Shown in pieces: positions 1 through 12,474 of a stretch of 64,000 bases of DNA; positions within the stretch are counted from its first letter, which is position 1; every line of letters starts with the position of its first letter. This DNA is from Parasitella parasitica NRRL 2501 (taxonomy: Eukaryota > Fungi > Mucoromycota). A model generated the notes under the pieces. That model ran no database searches, had not been told where the DNA came from, and saw only the letters and a program-made list of their open reading frames with translations. Location: contig MU619298.1 of assembly GCA_025201805.1 (NCBI GenBank), forward strand, positions 107,910 to 171,909, read 5' to 3'. Both the position numbers and the translations under genes were made by a program.

Positions 1-550
1 CTCCTAAGGATGTTTTTGGCTTCAGAGCGGCTCCTGACTTGGCATTGTAGGTAAATACGCCAAAATCCCAATGGTCGGTGGCTGTGTCACTATTTTTATG
101 ATCATAAACGCAGACAGACAGTGGCACCTGATTGCTGTGCCCTCCTTGAGTGTCTGCCAGTCGAGGTACCCGAGCAACGAGTGTGATCCAGACCAATTGA
201 CTGTTGAGAATGCTACTAGGAGATGCGGTTGGTGCGCGTTGTTGTTGTTGATTTGTCTCGACTACAAGATTCCCGAAAACTAGTTTCATTGGACGAATCT
301 CATCGTTCAAGGTGGGAGTAGAAGAGGAATCAGATACAGCTTGTTCCAATACTACCGTAATGGTGGATTGATCTGTTCCCATGTGAGGGTCCCATTGGAT
401 CACACGGGGTCTTGAAAAGACATTGGCATTGTTAGTAGGAATTTCTGAAGGGAGATGAGTCTTTGAGGATTTCAAGTAGCTGTTATTAAATGATGTATTG
501 ATGCCAAGTACTTCGTTGTTATCGTTGCTAAAGGATGCGGTTTCCATCAT
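1..550 (-). CDS. 5' part of a probable Medusa/MedA-like developmental regulator with an N-terminal IPT/TIG-like domain; runs off the window start
   Basis: Not in the ORF track. Hand translation gives an open frame from ATG at 550 to position 1: MMETASF...PRVIQWDPHMGTDQSTITVVL...MKLVFGNLVVET...ITLVARVP...VPLSVCVY...DHWDFGVFTY. The pattern resembles the TIG-like N-terminus of fungal MedA proteins (family recalled from memory). Confidence 0.55.
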   Translation of the reverse strand, partial: MMETASFSNDNNEVLGINTSFNNSYLKSSKTHLPSEIPTNNANVFSRPRVIQWDPHMGTDQSTITVVLEQAVSDSSSTPTLNDEIRPMKLVFGNLVVETNQQQQRAPTASPSSILNSQLVWITLVARVPRLADTQGGHSNQVPLSVCVYDHKNSDTATDHWDFGVFTYNAKSGAALKPKTSLG

Positions 551-956
551 ACTTTTCAATATATACACCAAAGAAAGAAGAGAATGGTGATAAATATCAC
601 TCAAGAAGCTTTTTTTTTCTTTCTTTCTCTCTCTCTCTTTGTCTCTCTCTCTCTTTGATACAAGCGTTTATTTCTACGAGAACAAACATTTTCATCTGTT
701 TGTTGGGTTTATACAACAGGCATTACATTCAAATTTAGCTTTTGCTATAATACATCGGATGCATATATAAAATACGGTATTTGTAGCTCCTTTTGCAACT
801 AAAGGTTCATGCAACAGACCAAACTAGTATAAATACGGTTTTTAGAAACATGTGCTTGCAAAAGTATGCATGGATATAATATACACATAGAAATTTGAAA
901 GACTTCCAAATTTGAATAGGCTTTTCGGAATAATGGAGCGAGTTTATTTTTACTCG

Positions 957-1138
957 GGAGTATTTCATTATCATCTTATTCATGTTGTTTCCGCATATTT
1001 GGAAAATAGAAAGTTGGTTTATATGCTGTATATACTCCTTGATCTGTGTTTTTTTTCTGCTGCATGCATATCTAGGCTTTTTGCTTCTAAAGGATACAGT
1101 AAAAGAGGAGTTTGTGTTATTGACATTGCCAATAACGT
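957..1138. other. Conserved non-coding element, copy 1 (paralogous to 4811-5003)
   Basis: Shares blocks GGAGTATTTCATTA, GTTTCCGCATATTTGGAA, AAAGTTGGTTTAT, ATATACTCCTTGAT, AGGAGTTTGTGT and TATTGACATTGCCAATAACGT with 4811-5003 in the same order. Confidence 0.75.
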
Positions 1139-1139
1139 G

Positions 1140-1188
<49 letters not shown>

Positions 1189-2609
1189 ATAATTCATTCA
1201 TGATTGGGGATATATGGCTAAATACATACGTGATGTATGACAAAATGATACGTATAAAAATACACATACATGCGTCTGTAACGTCGTATACATGCATGAG
1301 AGTATGAGAGTATGAGAGTATCTAGTATCCTAACATCGTAAAAATTATTGAAAACGAAGGCATATATAGATAGGAGAGATATTTGCATTATAAGCTATTC
1401 TCCCTATTTGTCATCTTCATGTAATAGTAGTGTGTCATTTGATTTGAGATAAAGACGTGTATATTCTTTAACTTGTAGGTATTCAGGACATAGTATCGTT
1501 CGCACCTAAAAGTTACGTACAGATACAGTCCATGCTTATATTTTAAGCTAATCAAATGTTGTCCCCCATCTTTAGTTATTACAGTTGCATAAAAGGTAGT
1601 TTTGGTTGGTTTTTTTTTTGCTCTCTACTATTTCATTTCATTGCTTTTATTAGTATTACAGCATCCGTAACTTTTTATTATAGTCTTATTTTGTTAAAGA
1701 ACAGTTCATTACGACTGTGTAGTGAAATATTCAGATTTAGTGCTAAAATTGGATGGAAAACCTGCCTCTCGAAATCAGCAGAAACAACCTCTTGAAAAGC
1801 GGATCAAACCAGCAAAAATGATTAGATTATGAAATATGCGGTACTTGGACACACTTTTTTTTTTGTAACAATGACATGAGATGTATAAACCATTTCTTAA
1901 GATTTTTAGAACACAAGTTTACTCCAAGGTTAGAGCTTGCAAATCCTAGATACACAAGAGGTATATATACAAAAAGAAAATTGTTTCAAAGCTAAGGTGA
2001 AAGATAAATATTTACCTAAATGTAGTTGTTTTCTGTTTGTACACAAGCAACAGCAACTACTTGAAATCTCAGTTACATCATAAAAAATATGATTTGTATA
2101 ATTCAAAAAGAAATGAGTGAGTTTAAGCTTATAGCTTTTCTATAGAGTATGAAATGAATAAAACAGTAAAAACCAATAAATATATTATTTATAACATACT
2201 ACATTAGTCTCTTCTTAACAATAATAACATCACATTACAGCGTGTTAAGAAGGTTAAATAAATGTTGTTGAACAACACCAAATATAATTGTTCTAACCGC
2301 AAAAAAAGATAAATGCGTTCCTGAGGTCCAGCCCTATTACCGTACAATGTTTTAACTTTCTTTTTTATCATATAAATCAAATTAGATTATTAGTATTAAA
2401 TTTTGTCGTTCACTTTTAGCTTGAATAGTTTGAACTAAAAAACACAGAATAACAAAAAAAAAAAACAACAATTTTAATTTTCATAGATACTTTCCATAAG
2501 TTTTTGCATTATTTCATCGTATTATTTTCTTGTTGATGCAAAATATCTTCTTCATAGTATTTTCATAATATTTCCTCGTGATTTATAAACATTTATTATG
2601 AAAGAATAA

Positions 2610-3580
2610 CCCGTTTTTGGAGCTCATAACTTTTGATAGGCACATTGCCCACTGGAAACAACCATGGTATGCTCTCTACAGATAGTGATGATCATGCCTG
2701 ATTTAATAAAGCATAAAACAAGGCATCGCACATGGGCCTTTAACAAAGTCTTGTTATTAGCGATCATATTTGAAATAACTTGTGGTTTCTGCTATTAAAT
2801 TTTCAGATTTCAAGGAAAACATGGATACCAATGTTGTTGCCAGATAGTACCAAGTCAATGCTAAGTTTTCCAAGTTAGAAATCGGTTCTATTGTCATTTC
2901 AACAAAAGTTATGAGGAAATATCTGATATTTATTATAAAAATTGAAAATAAAGCTGTTTTTGCACACAACTTTTGATAGAGGCATCGCCCAGGGGAACCC
3001 AAGTTATGCTCAGATAGCGATGCTTGTGCCTGATTTGATGGCGCATAATAAGACAGGCTTTGGTTCCCTTTTTATCGCAACCTAACAGCGACTATACGCA
3101 ATTTTCATATGAAAGTGTTTGTGTTACCAGCTGATATCTCTTTTGCCAGATAGCCCCAAGGCAACGCTAAGTTTTCCAACTTAGATTGCAGTTCTACGGT
3201 TCTTTTAGCAGAAGTTATGATCAAATACGTGTTAATCAACAATTATTTTTTTATACAAAAAAGGTTTTTGCACATAAATTTTAGTAGACGTATTGCATAG
3301 TGGAAACCACATCACGCTCATGCCTGTCATGGTCCAGCTTGGAATATTTGCTATTGCTGTTGCCACAAAAACTTACAAATTTTTTCTGCTGATAACTTTG
3401 TGTAATATCTACAAATAGTCTTTCTACGTTTTTCAGGTTTGATTTTCATCCTACGGTTCATTTAGTAAAGCTAGGACCAAAAAACTGTTTTGTACATATA
3501 ACTTTTGCTAGACAGCACTCGGCGCCCGGTAGAAACAGGAATTACTCAGATAGTCCTGATTGTGCCTGTACCAGGTACAC
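2610..3580. repeat. Degenerate tandem array of ~300-340 bp units (about 3.5 copies), probably a transposon subterminal relic
   Basis: CATAACTTTTGATAG...GGAAAC...CAGATAG.GAT...TGCCTG recurs near 2625, 2965, 3272 and 3497. GCCAGATAG...CAA.GCTAAGTTTTCCAA recurs at 2839 and 3145. Confidence 0.7.
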
Positions 3581-4810
3581 ATAAACTAATTCATACTTCT
3601 TTATTCGCAATGCATTATATTGTATTATACATGAAAATAAGTTATTTGTCAATTTGATATCCTCTTCTATTAATATTATGCACTAGATACAATTCATCAT
3701 GAATAATACACAGGAGTATTAGAGGACGCAGACTTCCTGGCTCTTTTTATCTGATGGTGTACCAATGTATCAGTACCAACTATGCAATTAATTGAGATAA
3801 AGTCATGTTGTCAGAAGTAAAAAGGACCATCACAGATTAGGGAATACAGGTTGACATATAAAGCCATATTTTTCATCAATAGATAATACAATGAATGAGC
3901 ATGACATTGAATTTGGATGGATACGATCTATTCCATTCCTAGACCTTACAACAATCATTCACATTCCTCTATTTCAGATCAAATAGTATATAAAGCATCT
4001 AACTTGATGTAAAAATAAACGATCCTCTTTTATTTTTTTTTATATACTAAATCATTGTCGGGGGGGGGAGAATACAAGTTTTTGGAATCATAATATTAGT
4101 AGTTTGGAGAGGAATCGTTCTATCACTGGAGGGATTAGGTTACAATCTACTTTGCTTCTTATACCCATTAAGTAATGAAACTCTAGCAACTCTGGGAATT
4201 TTTGTTTTCCAATTTAAACTTGATGAGGAGGTCACCACCATAGATTGTATTATGTCCTTGTGAACTTGCATGCATCTGTCCCTATTATATGGTGCAGATA
4301 TGTATAGTAGTATCTATCAACTATCAATGCTGTGGTATTTACTAACCTTTCTATCGTGAGTTAAGGAAATGTCTACCCTTCTGGCAGCAATATAATAGTC
4401 CCTTAGAAGCCAAATACTTGGCGTGAGATCACCAAGTCCCGGTCAACAACGCTGAATGCTTAGACAAAGGTAATGTCAAGATAGGCTTTTGCACTACTTT
4501 GAAACATTTGGTTACCAATAATGACTTTAATAGTGTATGTAAACGCAGTATCCTAAAAGAGAGGACCGAGGAAATGTTATGCTATCCTAATACCTATTGC
4601 GTAATAGTTATGATCTTGTAGGGCGTATGAATATTATTCTTTAAATTCTGCAGGTAATGAGATCAAATGCTGTTTATATGGACCCTACTCTTCGGGATAA
4701 GAGCCAATATAATAAGGTTAGATTGCTTGGATATTGACTAGCTTCGATTGAAATATACACATGCCATCGTCGAAAAAAAACAAAAACAAAAACAAACACG
4801 CTACTTTTGA

Positions 4811-5003
4811 GGAGTATTTCATTACCGTCTATTCATCTCATGTCGTTTCCGCATATTTGGAAGAATAATAAAAAAAAAAAGTTGGTTTATGATAAATGTT
4901 TAAAATATACTCCTTGATTTGATTTTTGCTATTGCTGCACATATAAGGTTTTTTATTTTCTGCAAAGAAAGGAGTTTGTGTATATTGACATTGCCAATAA
5001 CGT
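4811..5003. other. Conserved non-coding element, copy 2
   Basis: Block-wise match to 957-1138; like copy 1 it is followed by a T tract. Confidence 0.75.
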
Positions 5004-5305
5004 TTTTCTTTTTTTTTTTCTACTCTGAAAAATTAAGGGTATTTGGCAAATATATATATGTATATGTATAAAAATAAACGGGCATAAACATTGGATATAA
5101 ATCATAAAACAATTATCATAATAATAATATTAATAAAAAAAAAAGGGGGAAAGAGTACATGAAATATTAGAGATCGATTTTTTCAGGTCGATACATCGAT
5201 TGATTTTTTTTTAAAAAAAAAAAAAAAATAAAAAAAAAAATAAAAAGAATAAATAAATAAAAGAAAGTAATCCGTGAAGAATGGTAGTCCAGCTAGTTGG
5301 GTATG

Positions 5306-6948
5306 TTAATGATAAGAGGGTGCTATCCATTTATCGGGTAATGTTGTTGCAGGTGAGTTTGTGGACTCATCCTTGTGCGTTGGAAATAAGAAATTATGGT
5401 TCTGTGCTGCCGATGCTGATGTAGATGCTGTTGCTGCCATGGATGAATGGTAAATTGGTGTTGTAGGCGCAGTGTGTAATATAGGATTGTATGGGTATGA
5501 AGATGTGTCGATTCGAATTTGCTGCTGTTGCTGCTGTCGAAGTAGACCCTCTAGAAACACAATCTTTGATCTTTGGACATCAATCAGGTCAAATGCTTTT
5601 TGCACTTCTCCAGTCAACATTTTGTACATGTCTATGTAATTGTGTCGTAATTCAATGATCTGCGATTTTAGCTGCTCTTCGTCATTAGGTATTGCTTGCT
5701 CCAAAAAATGAGGTAAATGGCTAAAGGTAGGAGCAAATGTCTGGTGATGTTGCTGTTGTTGACAGTAGACCGAGGCATCTTCTAGCGTTGAGATAGGCGA
5801 AGTCGTTGCCGTGTTGAATAAAGGGGGGTACATGTGCTGCGGGTTTGTGTCAAATAGCATGTCTGTAGGCGTAGTTGCGGTGGCAGTGCTCATAGTTTGA
5901 CGATTGTATTGTTGAAGCTGCAGGGTCAACGAGGATGAGGAGGCAGACGAAGCAGAGCGACGTCTTTCATCTAGACTGTTATTGGCACTGTCATAATCGT
6001 CATGGTTGACATCGGACTCGTCTCCTGATCCAACGTTGAGGATGGTCTCTGGATCATCCACTTCTTCCTCCTCTGTCCTTGGTTTCTTCTTGCGTGAATA
6101 ACGTGGTGTTTTTCTGCGTATTAAATGATGCAAGTCTGTTCTGCTGGGACGAAAATAGACGTGGTGCCAACGGCATGTTTCTTTGTCTTTGCTGTCTTTG
6201 GATTTACGAGCGTCTGTATCTCTCTGAAAGCCATAAATCTAACATTATTATTTTTTTCGTCAGTTTAGTCAGATGTCAATTGTATTGTCTACTTACATTC
6301 AACTGTCGAACAAATGAAGCAAACTTGCAGTGCTTGAATAATTGAGGCAGTACAATCTCCGTGAATTCTTTAGGGAAACGTTAGCTATCGATACAATACG
6401 AAAAAAGAACAACCAACTTACTTGGAATACAGTCAATGATAAACATATCAGTGCCGTTATGTTTGCACCAACGAGCATACTTCTGTCCGTTGTCGGGTGC
6501 TTGTAAACACCTATGATTAAAAAAGTAACAAGAATGTAAGGAACTTTGTTTCTTCATTTTTTTTTAAAAAAAAAAGGGGGGGGGGGAGCGAGAAAAGCGA
6601 TAAAGAGGAGTGAGAGTGAATGGGTGAGTTTGCCTCGAGATTAAAGTTCGATATGAAAAGGGGCATGTATGTTACAAATGAGAGCGACAAAGAGAGAAAG
6701 ACGGGAGAGGCTACATAATGTACTTACTGATACAGTTTCGAAACAAAGCCAGCAACCCCACGTTCAGGCTGGCTGATGCTTTCCTCACCGTCCATGTTCA
6801 TATGCGTATTGGGCGTATGGTGGCTACTGGACATGAGGCTCCAATGCGACGTAGCGTTTAGATCGGTTGGTGAATGTGAGGGATATTCTTGCTCATTGTA
6901 GGTATTAAAGGTCATTAAAGAAGGGTCATTATAATGTTGATAATCCAT
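5306..6948 (-). CDS. HSF-type DNA-binding transcription factor (multi-exon)
   Basis: Spliced HSF domain: GVAGFVSKLYQ / FIIDCIP / EFTEIVLPQLFKHCKFASFVRQLN / IYGFQR...WHHVYFRPSRTDLHHLIRRK, followed by a coiled coil and Q-rich tail. Confidence 0.9.
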
Positions 6949-7031
6949 AATGAGAAGAGAGTGAAGATGTTTTGAAATGCTAAAGTTCAAACAAAAAAAA
7001 AAGGGCCCTATTTTATATGTTTTTCCCTAAC

Positions 7032-7063
<32 letters not shown>

Positions 7064-7243
7064 CCCTCTTCAGCACCCTTACTTTTTATTGATGTAAATA
7101 GCTGCTTACGCTTTATGCTAAATGCTGTTGCTGCTGCTGCTGCTGCTGTCAGCAAGGTCTCCCTCGTGATCCCCCCAATAAAGGAGTTACATATACGGTA
7201 TACAATGCAAATAAATATGTATAATCTTAAAAAAAGATTTATT

Positions 7244-7873
7244 TTAATTTTCATGTATGTCCATTTCATCCATCACTCTACGATATGTCTTGTCATGAGT
7301 CCTCTTTTTCGGGCTGCTGCCAATCAAAGCGTACCCGAGTGCTTTTCTTGATAACAGCGGGATCACTCGATCCATCATTTGAGGAAAAACATATTTCTCA
7401 CAGAATAAACTGACACACAGGTTCACCGCAGCCAAGAACAAAATGAACCATTTGAAGCCCATGGGTAGAGGCTCTAGCTCCATTAACTTCATTACAAATG
7501 TCGGTGGCCACACGACAAACCAAGTTGTAAGGCTGATTAGCGTTGCAAGTGTCAGCACAAGTTTGCCATTGGTCCAGAGCGGCTTTCTATAGGGCGGACC
7601 AACACTAAACACAACAGCGATCAGCATGTACTGGTAACTGGATATCAAAAACAAGACTGTATTCTCGAGACATTCAATGTTTTCGCCATTTGGGTCAAAT
7701 ACAGGAGGTCTGTACCATGATTGCTGGTGAACTGCCCAATAAGACAAGAACTGAAAACTCGAGTTGATCAGAATTTGTCCTATCAAAGATGTCAACACTT
7801 TTCTAGACACTAAACTAGCCGTTGGTCTTTTTCGGTCAAGGTATGGCCATGCAGCTGTATGTCCCACTACAAA

Positions 7874-7912
<39 letters not shown>

Positions 7913-10900
7913 AGCGACATGTGCGTATAAATATAAATTAGGACATAAAACTTACTATACACAGCGATGGGTAGAATAAGGAATAGATCAATGTACAAGA
8001 ATTGGAAATCTCCCAGATTACTACCAAATGCATATAATAATGTCACAGATGTAAACTGGATCAAGCTGTACAATGCCATGTACTTAAAACAGCTGAAGCT
8101 AGTGACCAGAGCAGCTCTGCCCTCTCTATCATATCACATCAAAGCGTCAGCTTCCTTCCTTCACGCAGCAATGTTCTACTCTAAACTGTATACTTACTTG
8201 ATCACATCAATCACGCATTCAATGTCCATTGTGTTGCTGGTGAAAGGAGCAGCGACAGAAGCCTCTGCCTCGGAGAGAGAGATGCCAATATCTCCTGCCT
8301 TCAATGCACCACAATCGTTTGCTCCATCACCACAGAACCCAACGCAGTACCCAATATTTTGGAGCTCCATGACAAGCTCTTGCTTTTCGTCGGGCGACAT
8401 TCGAGCGTAAATGGCGCCTTTTACCAGCATGCGGTGGAGAGATTCAAGGGTGGAATGGTCGACCATCCAACGAAAGGCTTCCCCTGTAATGGCAAGAAGG
8501 TATTCCTGTTGGTGGTTTGTAAATTCATTTGCCATGTGGGGCTAAGAGTGTCGTGTTTAAGGGTCAATGGTGCTAACTAAATAAAGCAATAGGGCTTAAA
8601 CTTTTTACCTGTAATGTATCTGCGGACAACTCATAGCCTTCCTGCATGACACTTTCCCAACTCAATTCAGAATCAGGCTCGGTGGAAGACCCTTTTAAAA
8701 ACCTAGGTAGATAAATTTCTGCCGATTGATCGATCAGCCCACATTCTCTGGCCACGCTAACAGCTGTCAGAACATTGTCGCCTAGATCAATACATGATAT
8801 CAGTATACCAGCGCGCGCGCAAAAGGAGAGAGAGAGAGAGAGAGAGAGAGAAAAGAGGGAATAAAAACAATTGCTCACAACTTGCCTGTACACATGATCT
8901 GTCTGATATTTGCATTGCGTAGAGTGCTGATGGCTGAGGCAGTGCGAGGCTTGAGCTTATTTTCAAACACGATAAAGCCCAAGAACGTCAACCCAGTTTC
9001 GACTTCGTTTCTAGAGTAGAAGAGCAATTGGCACACATGTCACTTATATATTGATCAGCGCTGTTACCTTTTCAATTTGTAGAGCTTGTGCCATTTTACC
9101 CCTAACAATTGTCTAGAAGCGCATGCAATAACACGGTAGCCACGATGCGTATACTTGTACAATCTCTCTTGATAATCCTCGGGCACTTTTTATTTTTTTT
9201 TTTAAAAAAAACAACATGTGGGATGCACATTAATTACCACGTATTTCACGCTATACGACCAACTTACTTGACTCTGGAGTGCAAATGTCTTTCATGACCT
9301 CAGGCGCACCCTTGACAAACACTTCCATGGTTGGGTTTGCGAGTCTCCTGACAATGACACTCATGCGTCGAAGCGACGATACAAACTCAAACGTATGGAT
9401 AATGCCAAACTCAATAGGTGGCGCGGCCGTGGTTACCGTTTCCTGAAGTAGTGGTTTAGGGCGATTAGCAGCGGACATATTACATGCATTAAAGCGAACA
9501 ACAAACCATGTGCACGTTAATGTCCTGTCGACCTCCCGGAGGCCTTACTACTGTCGGCATGATGCCCACCTTTGCGCTCTTTTTCGTCTGCAATGCAGCC
9601 AACTCGCTTCTAGGCTTCAAGCCCATCGACGATGCTCCTCCGCTCTCCTCTAGTTCCCATTGTGTAAACTCAAACATTTTCAGATCGAGGGGATCACCCA
9701 GCAGCTCCCCGTTGACGATTTTCAAGGAATGACAGGTTGTCATTGTCCGCAAGATCTTTGCTTGCGTTGTGATTGTGTCATCGTTGTTGGGATCGACATG
9801 TGCCACTGATTTGCACTCGTTGTCAAAGAGCTTTCTGCCGCCCTGTGTCACTGTTACTGCGCGAATGCCGTGTATGTCCAAGCCATCCTCTGTTAAAGTG
9901 CCTGTCTTATCAAAGCACATGCAGTCGATTTTACCGCCAATGTTGACTCTAGGTGGAGAAATGCAAAAAATGCCTAGCTTCTTCAGTCGGCTGATGGCAA
10001 AGCTGGTGCCAATGGACAAGGTGGCAGGCAGTGCTGGAGGCACAACGATGGTGATCAAATCCAGCGCTCGCAGAACCATGGTGGTCGAGTCAATGCCAAG
10101 TCTAATAAAATTTACAGACGAAATTAAGAAACCAACGAAGGCTATACATGATGCGCTTTAATTAGTGAATGTTGAAATATGAAATAAACGTTTCTCTCTG
10201 GCAATCAACATACCTATCACGGACAGAACGCCAATAAATCTAAAAGAGTCTCTATAAAATTTGAAATTGTTGGGTTTGGGAAACAGCATAGATCGAACGA
10301 GTGCTCCCTTCGCTGTGCTGAATCCAGTTCTGACAACAATTGCTGTAGCCGTCGATATATTGTCGCCGCCCCTCACTCGAACCATCTTGGTGCCCATAAA
10401 TAAAAAATGCTTGGATATCTCTGCTGGTATACCGGATGACGACAGGTTCGTCTTTCGCAGGGTTATGTCGTTGATGGGTGCTTTGGACACAGGCACTGAT
10501 TCTCCTGTCAGCATGGACTCATTCAATATGCAGTCGCCCGACACCAGCATCGCATCACATGGCACTGTATGTATGTTTGCAATATCTATCAAGTCACCGG
10601 GAACTAGTTCAACTGAACTCAGGTTTCGCCCTACATTGTCTTGTTAGTTTTTCTCATCCTTCTTTTTTTGATTCCACCCCACCCCCTATCATTTCACAAA
10701 GAAAAAACGTTTTTTTTTTTTTTCCCACTACATGTAGCCCTTCACCCCCCCCCCCACACACACACACGCTCGCACACACTTACATGATCCACTACGAAAT
10801 ACCCGTACAGAACATTCGAAAAATGACATGTCCTTCATTCTTTTCATAGTCTTAAAAAGGAGAGCAAAAACAAAAGGGGTTAATTGCCATTGTCGTGTAC

Positions 10901-12276
10901 CTTGCATGCTAAGATTACCTGTTTTGTTTCAATCAATGTTGATATGATACTAAATGCGCTGATAATGAATATACAAAATGCATAGTAGTAATAGTCGTCC
11001 ATACACCACAACAGGATGCTGCCAATCTGAAACACGTAGAACGGATTCAACACTTCGTCTGTGAGCAGTTTGGATGTCGGCTTCTCTCGTATGTTGATCA
11101 GGTTGGGCCCAAACACAGATAATCTCGCATGGTGCTTTTCGGTCGTCAATCCCAGCTTAAAGTTCCTTGTGCTGTTCCAAGACTGGTCTTTCCAAAATCT
11201 GCAAAAATGTGTTAAGGTCGACATGATCCTCCTGTTGAGAAACCCAAACAAATCAAAAAAAAAAAAAAAAAAAAAAAACACACTCACCCGACAATAAGGA
11301 ATTTATGCAGCCTGGGGTGGTATGCCAAACGAATGTATCGGTATTCCACCAGCATGAGTTGGTTGATTGGGTCGTCCATGTTGAGCAATTGGCGAGCTTC
11401 TTCGGTGCTCACATTGAGTGCATGCAGTTCCTGCTTGATTTGGTCCAGCGAGAAAATGGTGCCAATGGTGCCTTGGTACCATTCACGAAAGGGCCTGATT
11501 ATCTCTATTTCGTTGTATTGGCTCTAAGGTGCGAGTTAATCACACATTTCGGGTGTCGTTGCTGGGTTGCATACCTTGAATACAATCCATTCGGCCTTCT
11601 CCAGGGGCACCTTTATACCTGTCCATGCAATATACCATTTCGGCACCCATCTACAAATCAGCCAGAATATGCCCAGGGATAATACAGAGAGCAGGCGGTA
11701 GGCAAATAAGTTGAGTCTATTAAACTTGTAGGCTTGTATATGGATCTGAACATCCTCATCTTCTAATAGCAGAGTCTGTCCATCTTTGGTATCGTTAGCA
11801 ATAGCATTCAATCCGCTTATGCGAGTTTCTGTGTTGTTTCGAGACGCCACCACATGTTGAATTGTGTCATCATCGCCGTCGCTTGGCTCGTCTCCGTCGT
11901 CGTCTCCATCGTCGTCTTCGTCGTCGTCTTCGTCGTCATCGTCATCATCTGCAGATGACTCCTCATCGCTTGTGTTGAGCTCTCTGTCGCTGTCCTCCTC
12001 ATCACTGTCTTCTACCGAGCTTGTGCTGTTGCGTCTACGTCTAAAAAGCCCGGTGCGATGGCCACCATGGCGAGCGTACGAGCCCAGAGTGATGATGTTG
12101 GACGAGCGATAGGAAGTCCCCGTAGCTTCTAATGGATCAATGCCAGTTACAGGTTGAATGGGAGGGGTGTTTATGAGAGGCGCAGCGGAATCCCTTCTCG
12201 CACTGTTTCCGTTTCTCGAATCTACCGATGATGCACCATACATTGAACGTGTCTTGGTCGCAGGATGTGTCGACAT
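7244..12276 (-). CDS. YPK9: P5B-type ATPase (Ypk9/ATP13A2-like), multi-exon
   Basis: PPALP, DKTGTLT, LTGESVP, GDN(V)[18 protein letters not shown] and [12 protein letters not shown] motifs across consecutive minus-strand exons; acidic N-terminus. Confidence 0.95.
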
Positions 12277-12474
12277 TTTTCCTCAATTGCTGTGTTTCTG
12301 TGCGTCTTGTAAAATGGTATCAACAAATTGACATGTACACGAAATAAACAACAGGAAAAAAAAGAAGAAGAAAAAAAAAAAAAGATTTAAAATACACTCA
12401 AACAAAATCATGAGACTAAACCAAGTGCAATCTTGGGTTCAGCGTTGAATCGGCTATTAAACGGCGTCTTTATA

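Noticed and set aside
912-1307. ORFs with poly-Phe stretches (also others over A/T tracts, e.g. 7027-7269)
   Set aside because: Translations of homopolymer tracts in non-coding DNA or introns.
2610-3580. CRISPR-like array
   Set aside because: Eukaryotic context, long degenerate units, no unique spacers and no cas genes.
3700-4700. Possible LINE 3'-end relic (also 63000-63330)
   Set aside because: Only short hydrophobic ..VVWR / ..VIWK patterns; insufficient without a profile search.
7967-12112. Plus-strand ORFs opposite the P5 ATPase, and similar antisense ORFs over Lon, Ufe1, ArfGAP and SLC1
   Set aside because: Shadow ORFs of real genes with no recognisable motifs.
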